Positions 38,657-50,007 of a DNA stretch of 64,000 nucleotides are shown piece by piece. Position 1 is the stretch's first letter. Every line of letters starts with the position of its first letter. The position numbers and the translations under genes are program-made. The DNA is taken from positions 192,001 through 256,000 of the forward strand of contig CAWHEU010000022.1 of NCBI GenBank assembly GCA_963828465.1, read 5' to 3'. The notes under the pieces are model-generated. The model searched no databases. It was not told the origin of the DNA and saw nothing but the letters and a program-made list of their open reading frames with translations. This DNA is from an uncultured Acidobacteriota bacterium. GTDB lineage: Bacteria; Actinomycetota; Acidimicrobiia; Spongiisociales; ZC4RG35.

Positions 38657-40111
38657 TTGGCTACGACGGTATCGATGCCGCAACTGGGTGAGACGGTCAC
38701 CGAGGGAACCATCCTGCGCTGGGCCAAGCAGGTCGGCGACACGATCGCCGAGGACGAGGTTCTCGTCGAGATATCCACCGACAAGGTCGACACCGAAGTC
38801 CCGTCGCCCGCAGCGGGCACCATCCTCGAGATCCTCGTGAACGAAGGTGACACGGTCTCGGTGGGCACCCCGATGGTCGTGATCGGAGCCGAAGGCGAGG
38901 CGGCGCCGTCTGCGGAGGAGAAGCCGGCCGAGCCTGAAACACCCGAAGAGACACCGGCAGCGGAGGAGAAGCCCGCCGAGCCGGAACCTCCCGCCGAGGA
39001 GCAGAAGCCCCCCGAGCCTGCCCCGGCGGAGAACGCTCCCGAGCAAGAGAGAGGCCGCCGAGCCGGCCCCAGCCGAGGCGGAGAAGGAGTCAGAGCCTTC
39101 TGAGCCCGACGTCGATGCTTTCTTCGCCAAGCCAGACGAGACTGAGGCGAAGCCCAATCTTCTGTCGCCGGTCGTGCGCAAGCTCATCAGGGAGAACGAA
39201 GTCGACGTCTCCCGATTGACCGGCACCGGCGATGGGGGAAGGATCACGCGGAAGGACGTCGAGGCGTTTCTGGCCTCCGGGCCGCCTGCCGCTGAAGAGG
39301 CACCAGCCGAGCGGCCCCGGCCCCGGAACCGGCTCCCACCCCGGCGGCTCCAGCCGTCCCCCAGCCGGCGGCCGCATCGCCGGGCGACCAGGGAGGGGAG
39401 GAGGTCGAGCTCGACCGGATAAGGGTGCGCACCGCCGAGAACATGATCAAAGCCCGACAGACCGCTGCCCACGTGTGGACCTCGGTGGAGGTCGATTTCG
39501 AGCGGGTAGAACGGGTTCGTCAGGCTCACAAAGAGCAGTTCAAGGCGGCGGAGGGCTTCTCTCTCACGTATCTGCCCTTCATCGCCCGTTCCACGATCGA
39601 TGCACTCAGGGCGTTCCCGGTCGTGAACAGCTCGTTCCACCTCGAGGAGAAGAAATCGGTCTTCCATCGGAATGTCGACCTCGGCATCGCCGTCGACCTC
39701 GATCAGTCGGGTCTCGTCGTGGCCCGAGTCCGAAACGCGGATGGCTTGCGTCTGGTCGGGATCGCGCGGTCGATCAGGGAGCTGGCGGATCGAGCGCGGG
39801 CCGGGAAGCTCGGTGTCGATGACCTGACCGGCTCGACCTTCACCATCACCAACCCCGGCCCATTTGGGTCCTTCATGTCGGCGCCCATCATCAACGTTCC
39901 GAACGTCGCCATCCTCTCCACCGACACGGTCGCCAAGCGTCCCACGGTGGTGACCGACGCAGAGGGCCAGGACATGATCGCCATCCGGCACATCGGCTAT
40001 CTCGGGCTCAGCTGGGATCATCGTGCCTTCGACGGCTCGACGGCCGTGCTCTTCCTCCAAAGGATCAAGCAGAACCTCGAGACCTGGGACTGGGAGCAGG
40101 AGCTGGCTTGA
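38657..40111 (+). CDS. 2-oxoacid dehydrogenase E2 acyltransferase (several frameshifts 39050-39420)
   Basis: Lipoyl domain STDKVD, E3-binding [21 protein letters not shown], catalytic WDHRAFDG. Confidence 0.9.
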
Positions 40112-41745
40112 CCCTCCGAACGCGCTGGCTGGGTCGGCTGCCCTACACGGAAGCGTGGGACCTGCAGCGCGCCATACACGAGGGCAAGGTCGTCGGCCGG
40201 ACCAAAGACGACTATCTGCTCCTCATGGAGCACCCGCCGGTGTTCACGATCGGGCGCAACGGCGACGGCTCGAACCTCCTCGTCGACCGGGTTGGCCTCG
40301 GGGTCGAGGTGCATCACGTGGATCGCGGTGGTGACATCACCTTCCACGGTCCCGGTCAGCTCGTGGGCTACCCGATCCTGACTCTCGATGACCCCAAGCA
40401 GATCGTCCCTTACGTCCGCCGGCTGGAACAGACCTTGATCGAGACCCTGGCCGAGTTCGGCGTGGAGGCCTGGGCCGAGCCGGGATACACGGGCGTGTGG
40501 ACGGGGAAGGGGAAGGTTGCCGCCATCGGCGTCAGGGTGGCTCGCCGGGTGACGATGCATGGGTTCGCCCTCAACCTCCACCCCGACCTCGCCTATTTCG
40601 GGATGATGAACCCGTGTGGCATATCGGATCGTCCGGTCACGACGCTGTCGGAGTTGGTGGGGCGAAAGGTGACGCTCGAGGAGGCCACCGAGGTTCTGAT
40701 TCCTCGCTTCGAGCGGGTGTTCGGTCATGAGGAATCGGAGACCCAACTGGGTGCCTTCGCCCGCGGACAGGGCCGGCGCTCTGAGTTTGAGGTCGATCGG
40801 CTGGTCGAGGCGGGCACTTTTAGTCAGGAGAAGCGGACAGCCGAGCCGATCCTCATCAACGGGCGGCTACCCGGGGAGCCGCCCAGGCCGGATTGGATGA
40901 AGGTGACGGCGCGACTCGACGGCGACTACCTGGAGCTGAAGAAGATGATGCGCGGGCTCCAGCTCAACACGGTTTGTGAGGAGGCCAACTGCCCCAACAT
41001 CTACGAGTGCTGGGGGATGGGCACAGCGACCCTGATGATTCTCGGGGACAAGTGCACCCGTGCCTGTGGGTTCTGCAACGTGACCACCGGCAAACCGACC
41101 GAGTTCGACATCTTCGAGCCGTTTCGAGCAGCGGAGGCGATCCACCAGATGAATCTCAAGCACGCCGTCATCACATCGGTCAATCGTGATGACCTCGACG
41201 ACGGCGGGGCCGGGATATTTGCCCAAACCATCATCGAGAGCCGGCGGCGATCGCCCGGAACAGAGATCGAGGTTTTGATCCCCGACTTCAAGGGCGACCG
41301 TGAGGCGTTGCAGACGGTGATGGATGCCGTGCCCGAGGTGCTGAACCACAACACCGAGACGGTGCTCCGGCTGCAGCGCGACATCCGGACATCGGCCAGC
41401 TACGGGCGGTCGCTGTCTCTCCTCTGGAGGGCTAAGCAAATGAACCCCGACGGGCTCACCAAGTCAGGGCTGATCGTGGGGATGGGGGAGACACGTGAGG
41501 AGGTCTTGGGTGCCTTGGCCGACATGCGTGCGGTGGGCATCGACATCATCACCATCGGCCAATACCTCCGGCCCACCTCCCGGCATCGCCCGATCCACCG
41601 CTACGTCCACCCCGACGAGTTCACCGAATACAAGGCTCATGGCGAGGGTCTGGGCATCCCCCATATCGAATCCGGGCCCCTTGTTCGCTCCAGCTATCAC
41701 GCCAAGGAGAGCCGGGAGGCGGTCCCGGTGAGCATCGGTTGCTGA
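40108..41745 (+). CDS. lipB-lipA: Fused octanoyltransferase LipB - lipoyl synthase LipA
   Basis: LipB: [36 protein letters not shown]; LipA: [24 protein letters not shown]. Confidence 0.92.
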   Translation: MTLRTRWLGRLPYTEAWDLQRAIHEGKVVGRTKDDYLLLMEHPPVFTIGRNGDGSNLLVDRVGLGVEVHHVDRGGDITFHGPGQLVGYPILTLDDPKQIVPYVRRLEQTLIETLAEFGVEAWAEPGYTGVWTGKGKVAAIGVRVARRVTMHGFALNLHPDLAYFGMMNPCGISDRPVTTLSELVGRKVTLEEATEVLIPRFERVFGHEESETQLGAFARGQGRRSEFEVDRLVEAGTFSQEKRTAEPILINGRLPGEPPRPDWMKVTARLDGDYLELKKMMRGLQLNTVCEEANCPNIYECWGMGTATLMILGDKCTRACGFCNVTTGKPTEFDIFEPFRAAEAIHQMNLKHAVITSVNRDDLDDGGAGIFAQTIIESRRRSPGTEIEVLIPDFKGDREALQTVMDAVPEVLNHNTETVLRLQRDIRTSASYGRSLSLLWRAKQMNPDGLTKSGLIVGMGETREEVLGALADMRAVGIDIITIGQYLRPTSRHRPIHRYVHPDEFTEYKAHGEGLGIPHIESGPLVRSSYHAKESREAVPVSIGC

Positions 41746-41759
41746 AGGCGGTCGGCATC

Positions 41760-42914
41760 TCATGGCCAGATGAGATCGACACCACCTGAATCGATCAGCC
41801 GCTGAACGTCATCGGCCAGTTGGCCGGAATGGATGAGCGTCTCCAGATGTCGTCCCGGGCACAACGTGGCGGCGTGGTCCCCATGGCCGGAGATCGTGTT
41901 CGGGGTCACGTCGTATCGCTCCGACGCCCAGGCCAGTACCGACTTCAACGACGCCAGTTGCGCCGCCGTCGGTTGCTCCACCTCGAAATTGCCCTCTACG
42001 ACGACGAGGAGGTGACCCGTCGTGTCATATGGGGTGCCCGTGTCTCCTCGAAAGGCAGGGTCACGACCTTCGTAGATTCGTCCGTCGACGCCCACGACGA
42101 TGTGATAGGCGAGATCCGGCCATCCCTGACCGTTCATGTGCCAGTCCTGCCAACCCCGTATCTGGCCCGGCCCGGTGACGCCTGCTTGGGTCCCGGCGTG
42201 ATGGATGGTCAGACGATCGATGGTGTGAGGCGTCATCTCGGCAAGACGCGGCGCTACGGCGCCCCAACCCTCACGCGAGACGACTGTCAGAGGCGGGTCG
42301 GTTCGCGGTGGCGGACGGTTGGGAGCTAGACCAAGGGCACGAGTGAGAAACGTCGCCATCTGACCCCTGGTGATCAGAGCGCTCGGGCAGAAGCGATCGT
42401 TCACAGGAGGGTTGCAACCAACGGTGATACCAGCCAGGGCAACGCGGTCGATGGCGCTTTCGAAGATGCTCCCGTCGTCATCGACGAAGTGATCGCCGCG
42501 TGAGGCGGGGAGAGCAAATGCTCGCACCATCATCGCTGCCATCTCGCCCCTGGTCATCGGCCTGTCGGGACAGAAGCGATTTTTCACTGGTGGGTTGCAT
42601 CCGACCGTGATCCCAGCCGCCGCGATGCTGTTGATGGAACGCTCGAACACATCACCCGAGTCGTCGGTGAAGAAGTCTTCTCCGCTGTCGGCTAGCTGCC
42701 GGGCGCGAGAGATGAATGCAGCCATCTGCCCTCTGGTGACCGAGGAGTCGGGGCAGAACCGGTCATTCGCAGGTGGATTGCAGCCGGTGGTGATCCCGAC
42801 GGCGGCGATGGCTTCGATGCCGCCCTCGTGAGTATCCCCGTCATCATCTGTGAAGCTCCCGCCTGGCGGAAGGACGAGGAGCATCACCGAAACAGCCATC
42901 GCAGGGAGGCGCAT
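41760..42914 (-). CDS. SLH-anchored N-acetylmuramoyl-L-alanine amidase (amidase_2/PGRP)
   Basis: Three SLH repeats; TIHHAG, LAYH, GHGD..T.CPG zinc ligands. Confidence 0.88.
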   Translation of the reverse strand: MRLPAMAVSVMLLVLPPGGSFTDDDGDTHEGGIEAIAAVGITTGCNPPANDRFCPDSSVTRGQMAAFISRARQLADSGEDFFTDDSGDVFERSINSIAAAGITVGCNPPVKNRFCPDRPMTRGEMAAMMVRAFALPASRGDHFVDDDGSIFESAIDRVALAGITVGCNPPVNDRFCPSALITRGQMATFLTRALGLAPNRPPPRTDPPLTVVSREGWGAVAPRLAEMTPHTIDRLTIHHAGTQAGVTGPGQIRGWQDWHMNGQGWPDLAYHIVVGVDGRIYEGRDPAFRGDTGTPYDTTGHLLVVVEGNFEVEQPTAAQLASLKSVLAWASERYDVTPNTISGHGDHAATLCPGRHLETLIHSGQLADDVQRLIDSGGVDLIWP

Positions 42915-42925
42915 TCCAGCGATGC

Positions 42926-44327
42926 TCAGTCCTGCTCCTCCGGCGGTTTCACCGGCGGGTCACCTGGCGGCGGGTAGGACGGAGGCGATGGCGCTGATGC
43001 CTGGCCGAGAGGTTGCATGAGATCGTCGACACGGACGAAGAAAGCGGATGCCTCGCCTCGTGTCAATCTCCGATCCGGGCAGAATGAGTCCGGCCCACAC
43101 CCCTTGGTGATCCCGGCTTCGGCGAAAGCATCGATAGCCGATTCGGCCCAGTGTCGATTGTCGTCCGAGAAGGCATCGGGAACATCACGGGAGAGCCCCA
43201 GCGCCCTGACTGTCATCGCAGCGAACTCGGCACGAGTCAGAAGCCTGTCCGGGCAGAACGCCCTTGGGGCGCAGCCCGTGACGATGCCTTCGGCAGCGAG
43301 TCGGTTGATCGCATTCTGGAACGTGCTGTTCCCATCGTCTCTGAAGAAGTCCTTCGAGGTCGCAGGAAGGCCCATCACACGATGGAAGAAGGCGGCCGCC
43401 TCACCCCTGGTGATGGTTCGGTCAGGGCAGGCCAGGCGGTACCCGCATCCGAAAAGGAGCCCTCGGGCATGCAATTCGGTGAGGGCGGGCCTGAAGAGGC
43501 TCGAGTTGTCGTCCGTGAACGGGTCCATGCAGCCGACGCGGCCATGCGTCGACACCGCCACCTGATCCACTACCAGTGAGAGGCGATTCGGGGACGGCCA
43601 GTCTCCACCGAAGTAGACGTTGTGCCACATGTGGCGGATCCTGATGTTCGCATCGCCGGGGAACCGGTATGCGATGCCCTGCTCGTTGAATCTGAGCTTC
43701 CCGTCGAGCCAGCCGTCAAAGGATCCATTGCTGAGGGATGGGGCGTTCAGCTTGACGTGCCCCTCGATGCAATGCCAACGACCCTGCTCCAGTGAAGCCC
43801 CAGGCCACCAGAGATGCTCACCGCAGTCGCCCGGCTGATTTGCGTGATAGAGGTAGGTCCCGATCGGGATCCGGCCTCCGGGCACTCCTTCGGTTCCCGG
43901 GCTGCCGAATAGTCCTCGCGCGGACCAGCCGGGCGAGCCCCCGGTTGGTGGGATGCAACCCCGTCCGGATGACGAATAGAGGCCGGCCAGCCCGGGGAGC
44001 TTGCCGACGAAGGCGGCGTTCCAACTCAACAAGCGGATGTGATACCGATACCAGGCTTCCGTCGGTGCCGGCGCGAGCCTGTCGAGCGGGCCGAGGCCGC
44101 GGAACCCTCCCTCGGGAATGACGACCTCCAGGCCATTGCCTGCGAAGCCACCGTTCGTGATGCTGGTGCGGGACAGGTCGAGGGACCGGACGTCCACCAT
44201 GCCCTCGGTCCATGTGTCATCTTCGAAGCCCGTTTTCGACAATGATCTCCCCGGCTGCCGGGAGGGGCCCACCCAGGGCCAGGGCCACAACAACGGTGAC
44301 GAGCAGAGGGCCCGCTCTTCGGCTCAT
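42926..44327 (-). CDS. SLH-anchored PL14-like polysaccharide lyase (frameshift near 44240)
   Basis: GKLPGL, WSARG, YLYH, GRWHCIE..VKLN, NVYFGG; three SLH; signal peptide MSRRAGPLLVTVVVALAL in adjacent frame. Confidence 0.72.
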
Positions 44328-44432
44328 CGGGTCACCGTAGCTGCGATGGGTTTTATTGAACACCCTCAGTGGGTGGCGACCACGCGATGAGAGGTGGGCG
44401 CAAATCCAATGTTCCGATAGTCTGGCGGCCTC

Positions 44433-45716
44433 ATGCTGCGCAGGGTCCTCTCCGTCTTCCTCATGGCGCTGTTGCTCGTGCCGTTGGTCCCGGCGGGATC
44501 AGCCCTGGCCCAGGAGCAAACGACGTTCACCCCGGAGGGGGAGCTCGCCACTTACTCGACGAGTGTGGCCCGGCTCCAGGAAGCCCTAAAGGACAAGAAG
44601 TTTTACCGCGGCTCCATAGACGGTATCTACGGTGCGCAGACCCAGCAGGCGGTGATGGCCTTCCGCAAGGAGATCGGAGCGAGCCGCTCGTTCTCCTGGA
44701 GCGATTCGCACTGGGACGATCTCGAGCTCTACCAGGCCCCCTACACCAGGTTCGACGAGCCCGATCGGGTGGAGGTCAACCTGGACAAGCAGACCGCGCA
44801 CCTGTACCGCGGTGGGGCTCTGGTGGCCACGTTCCCGATCTCCTCGGGCAACGGTGAGACCTATCACGACAATGCCGGGAACCTGAAGCGGGCGGTGACC
44901 CCCACCGGCGACTTCGAGATCTACCGCCATGCCTCCGGTTGGTACGAGTCGACACTCGGTCTCGGGATGATGCTGAGCCCGTGGTTTTTCAACGGCGGCA
45001 TAGCCCTCCACGGGTCCCTCTCGGTGCCATCCGGGCCTGCATCACACGGGTGCATTCGCCTCACCACCTGGGACAGCGGTTTCCTCGACAGGTACGCATT
45101 CAGGGGGATGCCGGTCCACGTTTATTACGCCGACGATTCACCCGTCTATGGCAGCGACGGGCCTTTCGCAGACGTCCCGGCGAGCCACACCTTCGTGGCC
45201 GCTATCCAGTGGATGGTCGACACCGGCACCACCGACGGCTGCAGTCTCTATTTCTTCTGCCCCGACGCACCGGCGAGCCGCGGTCAGATCGCTGCCTTCA
45301 TGAGGCGGATATTGGGGCCGCATCTGGGGAATGGCCCGCCGGCGGAGTTCGCCGACACCGAGGGTCATCCGTTCGAGCGGGCAGTGGAATGGATGGCGGG
45401 CCTCGAGATAACCAAGGGTTGCAACCCGCCCGACAACACCTTGTTCTGCCCTGACCGGTCTGTGACTCGAGGTGAGATGGCCGCCATGTTCATGAGAGCG
45501 GGCGAGGAGTTGTTGGGGGTGAGCTCGGACAACGTGAACCTCGATCGCTTCCGCGACACCCGGGGTCACAACTTCCAGAAGGCTGCCGCCTGGATGGCGT
45601 CAGCCGGCGTCAGCCTCGGGTGCAACCCGCCGACCAATGATCAGTACTGCCCGGACACCAAGGTGACCCGAGCCCAGCTCTCCGCTTTCCTGAAGCGGAT
45701 CGTGGATCAGCTCTGA
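44433..45716 (+). CDS. L,D-transpeptidase with PG-binding and SLH domains
   Basis: IDGIYGAQTQQAVMAF, ALHG..PASHGCIRL, three SLH repeats. Confidence 0.9.
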   Translation: MLRRVLSVFLMALLLVPLVPAGSALAQEQTTFTPEGELATYSTSVARLQEALKDKKFYRGSIDGIYGAQTQQAVMAFRKEIGASRSFSWSDSHWDDLELYQAPYTRFDEPDRVEVNLDKQTAHLYRGGALVATFPISSGNGETYHDNAGNLKRAVTPTGDFEIYRHASGWYESTLGLGMMLSPWFFNGGIALHGSLSVPSGPASHGCIRLTTWDSGFLDRYAFRGMPVHVYYADDSPVYGSDGPFADVPASHTFVAAIQWMVDTGTTDGCSLYFFCPDAPASRGQIAAFMRRILGPHLGNGPPAEFADTEGHPFERAVEWMAGLEITKGCNPPDNTLFCPDRSVTRGEMAAMFMRAGEELLGVSSDNVNLDRFRDTRGHNFQKAAAWMASAGVSLGCNPPTNDQYCPDTKVTRAQLSAFLKRIVDQL

Positions 45717-45723
45717 GTCTCAT

Positions 45724-46815
45724 TTGACCGGGTTCGACTACCCGGGGCGCGTCGCCCGGCTGCAAACGACCATGGTCGAAGAGGGGGTGGATGCCGTCGT
45801 CCTCTCCATCGGTGCGGACCTGCCGTACTTCACCGGTTACGAGGCGATGGACTCCGAGCGACCGACGGTGCTGATCGTGGCCCAGACCGGGATTCCGGTG
45901 CTCGTCATCCCGCTCCTCGAGACGCCACGTGTCGCGTCGACCAATGTCGAACTGGCGAGTTGGCAGGAGACCGAAGACCCGATGGCTCTCGTCGCTCGTG
46001 CCCTGGACGGTGCCAAGCATGTCGCTATCGGGGACCAGACCCGTTCCTCGACACTCTTGTCGATCCAGGAGGCCCTCCCGGATGTGACCTGGCTCAGTGC
46101 CTCGAAGATCACCTCGACTCTTCGGATTCGCAAGGACCCGGACGAGGTCGAGATGCTGAGATCGGCTGCGAGCGCAGTGGATCGAGCTCTGAAGCGCATC
46201 CCGGCCGAGGTTCGGTTCTCAGGTCGAACTGAGGCGGAGATTGCTCGGGACCTGCAATCGATGACCGTGGAGGAAGGACACGACGTGGCGATGTTCGCCA
46301 TTGTCGGTGGGGGGCCAAACGGCGCTTCCCCTCATCACGATCCGGGCATGAGGGTCATCGAGCCCGGCGATCTGGTGGTCTGCGATTTCGGCGGGAGACG
46401 CAACCACTACACCTCCGACGTGACACGCACCTTCGCCGTGGGCCCTCCCTCGCCTGAACAGGAGGAAGTGCACCGCGTCGTGCTCGAGGCCAGCGAGGCG
46501 GCCCGGGGCGCGGTCAAGCCTGGGGTGACGTGCCAGGAAATCGACCGATCAGCCCGACGTGTCGTTGATGAGGCCGGCTTCGGAGACTTGTTCATCCATC
46601 GCACCGGTCACGGGATCGGCCTCGAGGTCCACGAGCACCCCTACATAGTGGAGGGGAACGAGACACCGCTCGAAGAGGGAATGACCTTCTCCGTCGAGCC
46701 TGGGGTCTATCTGCCCGGTCGGTTCGGGGTCAGGATCGAGGACATCGTCGCCTGCGGGGCCACCGCTGTGGACGAGTTGAACCGGGCGGACCGCTCTCTG
46801 CGGGTCGTCGAGTAG
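45724..46815 (+). CDS. Xaa-Pro aminopeptidase (M24)
   Basis: ASPHH, DFGG, SDVTRT, HRTGHGIGLEVHE, EPGVY, RIED. Confidence 0.93.
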   Translation: MTGFDYPGRVARLQTTMVEEGVDAVVLSIGADLPYFTGYEAMDSERPTVLIVAQTGIPVLVIPLLETPRVASTNVELASWQETEDPMALVARALDGAKHVAIGDQTRSSTLLSIQEALPDVTWLSASKITSTLRIRKDPDEVEMLRSAASAVDRALKRIPAEVRFSGRTEAEIARDLQSMTVEEGHDVAMFAIVGGGPNGASPHHDPGMRVIEPGDLVVCDFGGRRNHYTSDVTRTFAVGPPSPEQEEVHRVVLEASEAARGAVKPGVTCQEIDRSARRVVDEAGFGDLFIHRTGHGIGLEVHEHPYIVEGNETPLEEGMTFSVEPGVYLPGRFGVRIEDIVACGATAVDELNRADRSLRVVE

Positions 46816-46823
46816 TGCTCCTC

Positions 46824-46880
46824 CCGCGAACCCAGGGTTCTGGACTTCGCTGAGCGGTGCTGGCAACCCTGGGTTCGCGG
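46824..46880. repeat. 16-bp perfect inverted repeat (bidirectional terminator or REP/MITE-like)
   Basis: CCGCGAACCCAGGGTT-N25-AACCCTGGGTTCGCGG between convergent stops. Confidence 0.7.
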
Positions 46881-46881
46881 C

Positions 46882-48968
46882 TCAGAGGTCGAGGGCGCGT
46901 GTCAGGAAGGCCGCCATCTGGCCGCGAGTGACAGGCTGATCGGGGCAGAACTTCGTGTTGGCCGGCGGGTTGCAACCCAAGGTGACCCCAGCGGTGGCAA
47001 GTCGGTCGATCGCCGACTCGAAAACGCTTCGGTTGTCGTCGCTGAAGTGATTGCCGCCCCCGTCGTTGGTGTATCCCAGAGCCCGCACCAGGAAGGCCGC
47101 CATCTGGCCCCGAGTGACCGGCCGATCGGGGCAGTACTTCGTGTTGGCCGGCGGGTTGCAACCCAGCGTGACTGATGCGGTTGCCAGTCGGTCGATGGCG
47201 GCTTCGAAGACATGCCCGTTGTCATCCGTGAACTGGTCGCCGCCTCCGTCGTCGGTGTATCCCAAGGCGCGGACCAGGAAGGCCGCCATCTGGCCTCTGG
47301 TCACCGCATCCTTGGGGCAGAACGCGTCATTGAACGGCGGGTTGCACCCACGGGTGATCCCCGATGCTCCCAAGCGCTCGATGGCAGCGGTGAAGACGCT
47401 GTCGTCGTCGTCGAAAAAGAGACCATTGAAGGCGAGGGGCAACGGGTCGTCACAACTCTGATCGGGGCGGGCGAACCAGCGGGTGGGAGGGGCGTCGGTC
47501 GGTGTATTGCCGACGTGGACGACCAGCGACCCACTCGCCACTGAACACCTCGATATCTGCCCGGCCGTCACCGTCGTAATCGGCGGCGCCCAGCCCGCGA
47601 ACTTCATTGGCCGGGATCTCGACGTCGAATGACTGGTCCAGGGTCAGCCCGCCGCCCTGCAGATTCAGGACGTCGATTCTCGAACCCGAACTGTCGGGGT
47701 AGAGGGCGAACAACTCCGGAGTGGTTCCTCCGTCACGGTCGCCGGCCGCGATGTGAATCGGTGTACCACCTGGCATTGTTGCGTTTCTCAAGACGGTGCT
47801 GAGCCCGGGTCCTTTGAGAACGCGGAGAGTGCCACCCGGCCCTGCTTCCCAAACGTCGGCCCTGCGGTCACCGTCGAGATCTGCTCCGGCGAGGGCGACA
47901 TGATTTGGGTCGATGCCGGTGGAGAGGTTGGAGATGTCCTCGAAGCCGGAGGACACGCGACGCGACGGATGCAGTCACCGTCGAGCCAGTGTTGAACGCC
48001 ACGAGGTCCTGTCCGCTGTCAGCGTCGAGGTCCATGAACAGGATCCGGTCCGACCCAGCTATCGAAGCGTCGGGAAGGAACCACCGGTTCACCGAGCATT
48101 CCCCAAAGAGCATGGTTCCGGAGGCCACATCGATGACCGTGCCACCAGGATGGGCCCTGACGCCGGCCACGTCCGGTGCACCCTTGCCGGTCACGTCGGC
48201 GATGGTGAGCCGATATCGGTCGGTCACGGATGTGAACTCGGTGCGGTAGGTGGCAGCCGCCGATGCGAAAGGCCGTTTCGAAGTGACCGGAGGGAGGGGG
48301 GTCAGCGGGGATTCCGGGCCGCTGCCCGGGCCCATCCACGAAAAATGCATCGGGTCTTTGCTGAAGACCCAATCACCTCCCCAGCAGAATCCAGCGTCAC
48401 GCCATACGTCGACGTACCAGCCTGGCATGTTGGTGATCAGTCTGTTGTCGTCGCGCTGCGGGTTCTGCGCCGGATTGATGTCCACGGCGAGCCCGAGGCC
48501 GTGACGCGAGATCTGAGTGCTGCCGGCGATGGTGCGAGAGGTGAATCCGGACACGCTCCTGACCGTGTACGTATTTCCTTGCGCCGCCTGGGCCGCCAGG
48601 CCAGCGCTGACCCGACGGAAGGCGGGGAGTGCGAGACGGTGGACGCTCACCACTCTTCCCCCGCTGCCGGGCACCACCCATGGCGCGAGGTTGGCTCTGA
48701 CCTGTCCAATCGTTCTCCCGAAGTACGTGCCGAAGGGGCCGAGCACCGGCTCTGCAGAAGACAATCCTCCGGACTTGGAGGAATAGGGCGTCCTGGCAAA
48801 AGGGGCACCGCAACTCGCTGCCTCCGAGAAGCTGTTCCAGCGGGTCGATGTGTCGGATGATGGCTCTCCAGGCAGAGCCGGGACCATCACCAGGCCGAGG
48901 ATGATGCTGAGGGCGGCGAGCCCCGTCCTTCGCGATGCTGCGGAGGGCACCGATTCATGATGTCGCAT
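46882..48968 (-). CDS. M15-family peptidoglycan peptidase + FG-GAP-like repeats + three SLH (frameshifts near 47945 and 47540)
   Basis: SRHGLGLAVDINP, WGGDW..DPMHF; DLDGDRRAD/DYDGDGRAD repeats; SLH x3. Confidence 0.8.
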
Positions 48969-48993
48969 CTGGCGCCCTATGCGATCTGGCTGC

Positions 48994-50007
48994 TCAGTCG
49001 GATGCAGTGACCCGGGCTGTCGTCTCCTGCACGACAACGCCCGCCCATCGCCATACAGCGACCAACGTGTGGGTCCCGCCGGAGAACGTCATCGTCGACA
49101 CCCACGCCCGCTCGGCGATCGAGCCGTTGGTCCGGAGAGGGCGCGCCGACATCGACACCGGGTTCCCATCGAGGGTGAGGCGGAAACTGGTGTCGCCCGA
49201 CGTGAAGGCGGCCTCCTCCCCTGATCGATATGGGAGCACCTGAAACAGCCCTTCGTCGATGCGGTATTTGGTCCCGGCCCCGACGACGAGGCTGAGGGTG
49301 CAACGGCCACCGCCCCGGGAACAGGCCGAGCGATTCCACTCCGACAGCGGGACGACGATCCCGGGTATGGGGAGCTCGAGTGCCCGACGAACGAACCCGG
49401 CGCTCTGGGCCCTGGTCAAACGATCGTTGGGGCAATACCGATCGTTGGTCGGTGGATTGCAACCGAAGGTCCACCCCTGAGCGGCTACCCGGTTTATGGC
49501 GCCCTCGAGGACATGGCCGTCGTCGTCGACGAACCGGTCGCTGCTCGTTTCGGGCAGTTCGTAGGCGCGGGCCAGAAATGCGGCGAACTCGGCGCGTGTC
49601 AGCCCTCGGTTGGGGCAGAAGTTCGTGTTGGCCGGAGGGTTACACCCAAGCGTGATCTCCGCTTCGGCCAGGCGATTGATGGCGCCCTCGAGGGCATGCC
49701 CGTTGTCGTCGTCAAAGAAATCGTCGTCGCTCTCGGGCAGGTTCAGCGCCCTGGCGACGAAGGCAGCGGCCTGGGCCCGAGTCATGGTGTCGTCGGGGCA
49801 ATAGCGATTGTTCGTCGGGGGATTGCATCCGAAGGTGATGCCGGCATTGGCGATCGCCTCGATCCCGTTCTCCAACGGGTGCCCGTTGTCGTCGGTGAAG
49901 CGGCCACTGACGGTGAGGGCTTCGGCGCGGCCCGGGAAGAGGGTCATAACGATGGCAACCAGCGCCACCACGGTCACAGAGACGAGGACCCTTCTCCGGG
50001 CGATCAT
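48994..50007 (-). CDS. S-layer homology domain protein with unknown C-terminal beta domain
   Basis: Signal peptide, three GCNPP.N..CP..TRA SLH repeats. Confidence 0.85.
   Translation of the reverse strand: MIARRRVLVSVTVVALVAIVMTLFPGRAEALTVSGRFTDDNGHPLENGIEAIANAGITFGCNPPTNNRYCPDDTMTRAQAAAFVARALNLPESDDDFFDDDNGHALEGAINRLAEAEITLGCNPPANTNFCPNRGLTRAEFAAFLARAYELPETSSDRFVDDDGHVLEGAINRVAAQGWTFGCNPPTNDRYCPNDRLTRAQSAGFVRRALELPIPGIVVPLSEWNRSACSRGGGRCTLSLVVGAGTKYRIDEGLFQVLPYRSGEEAAFTSGDTSFRLTLDGNPVSMSARPLRTNGSIAERAWVSTMTFSGGTHTLVAVWRWAGVVVQETTARVTASD

Noticed and set aside
38657-40111. Programmed frameshifting or true splitting of E2 (and xseA/xseB)
   Set aside because: No slippery heptamer or stimulatory structure was noticed; the shifts match the window-wide indel pattern.
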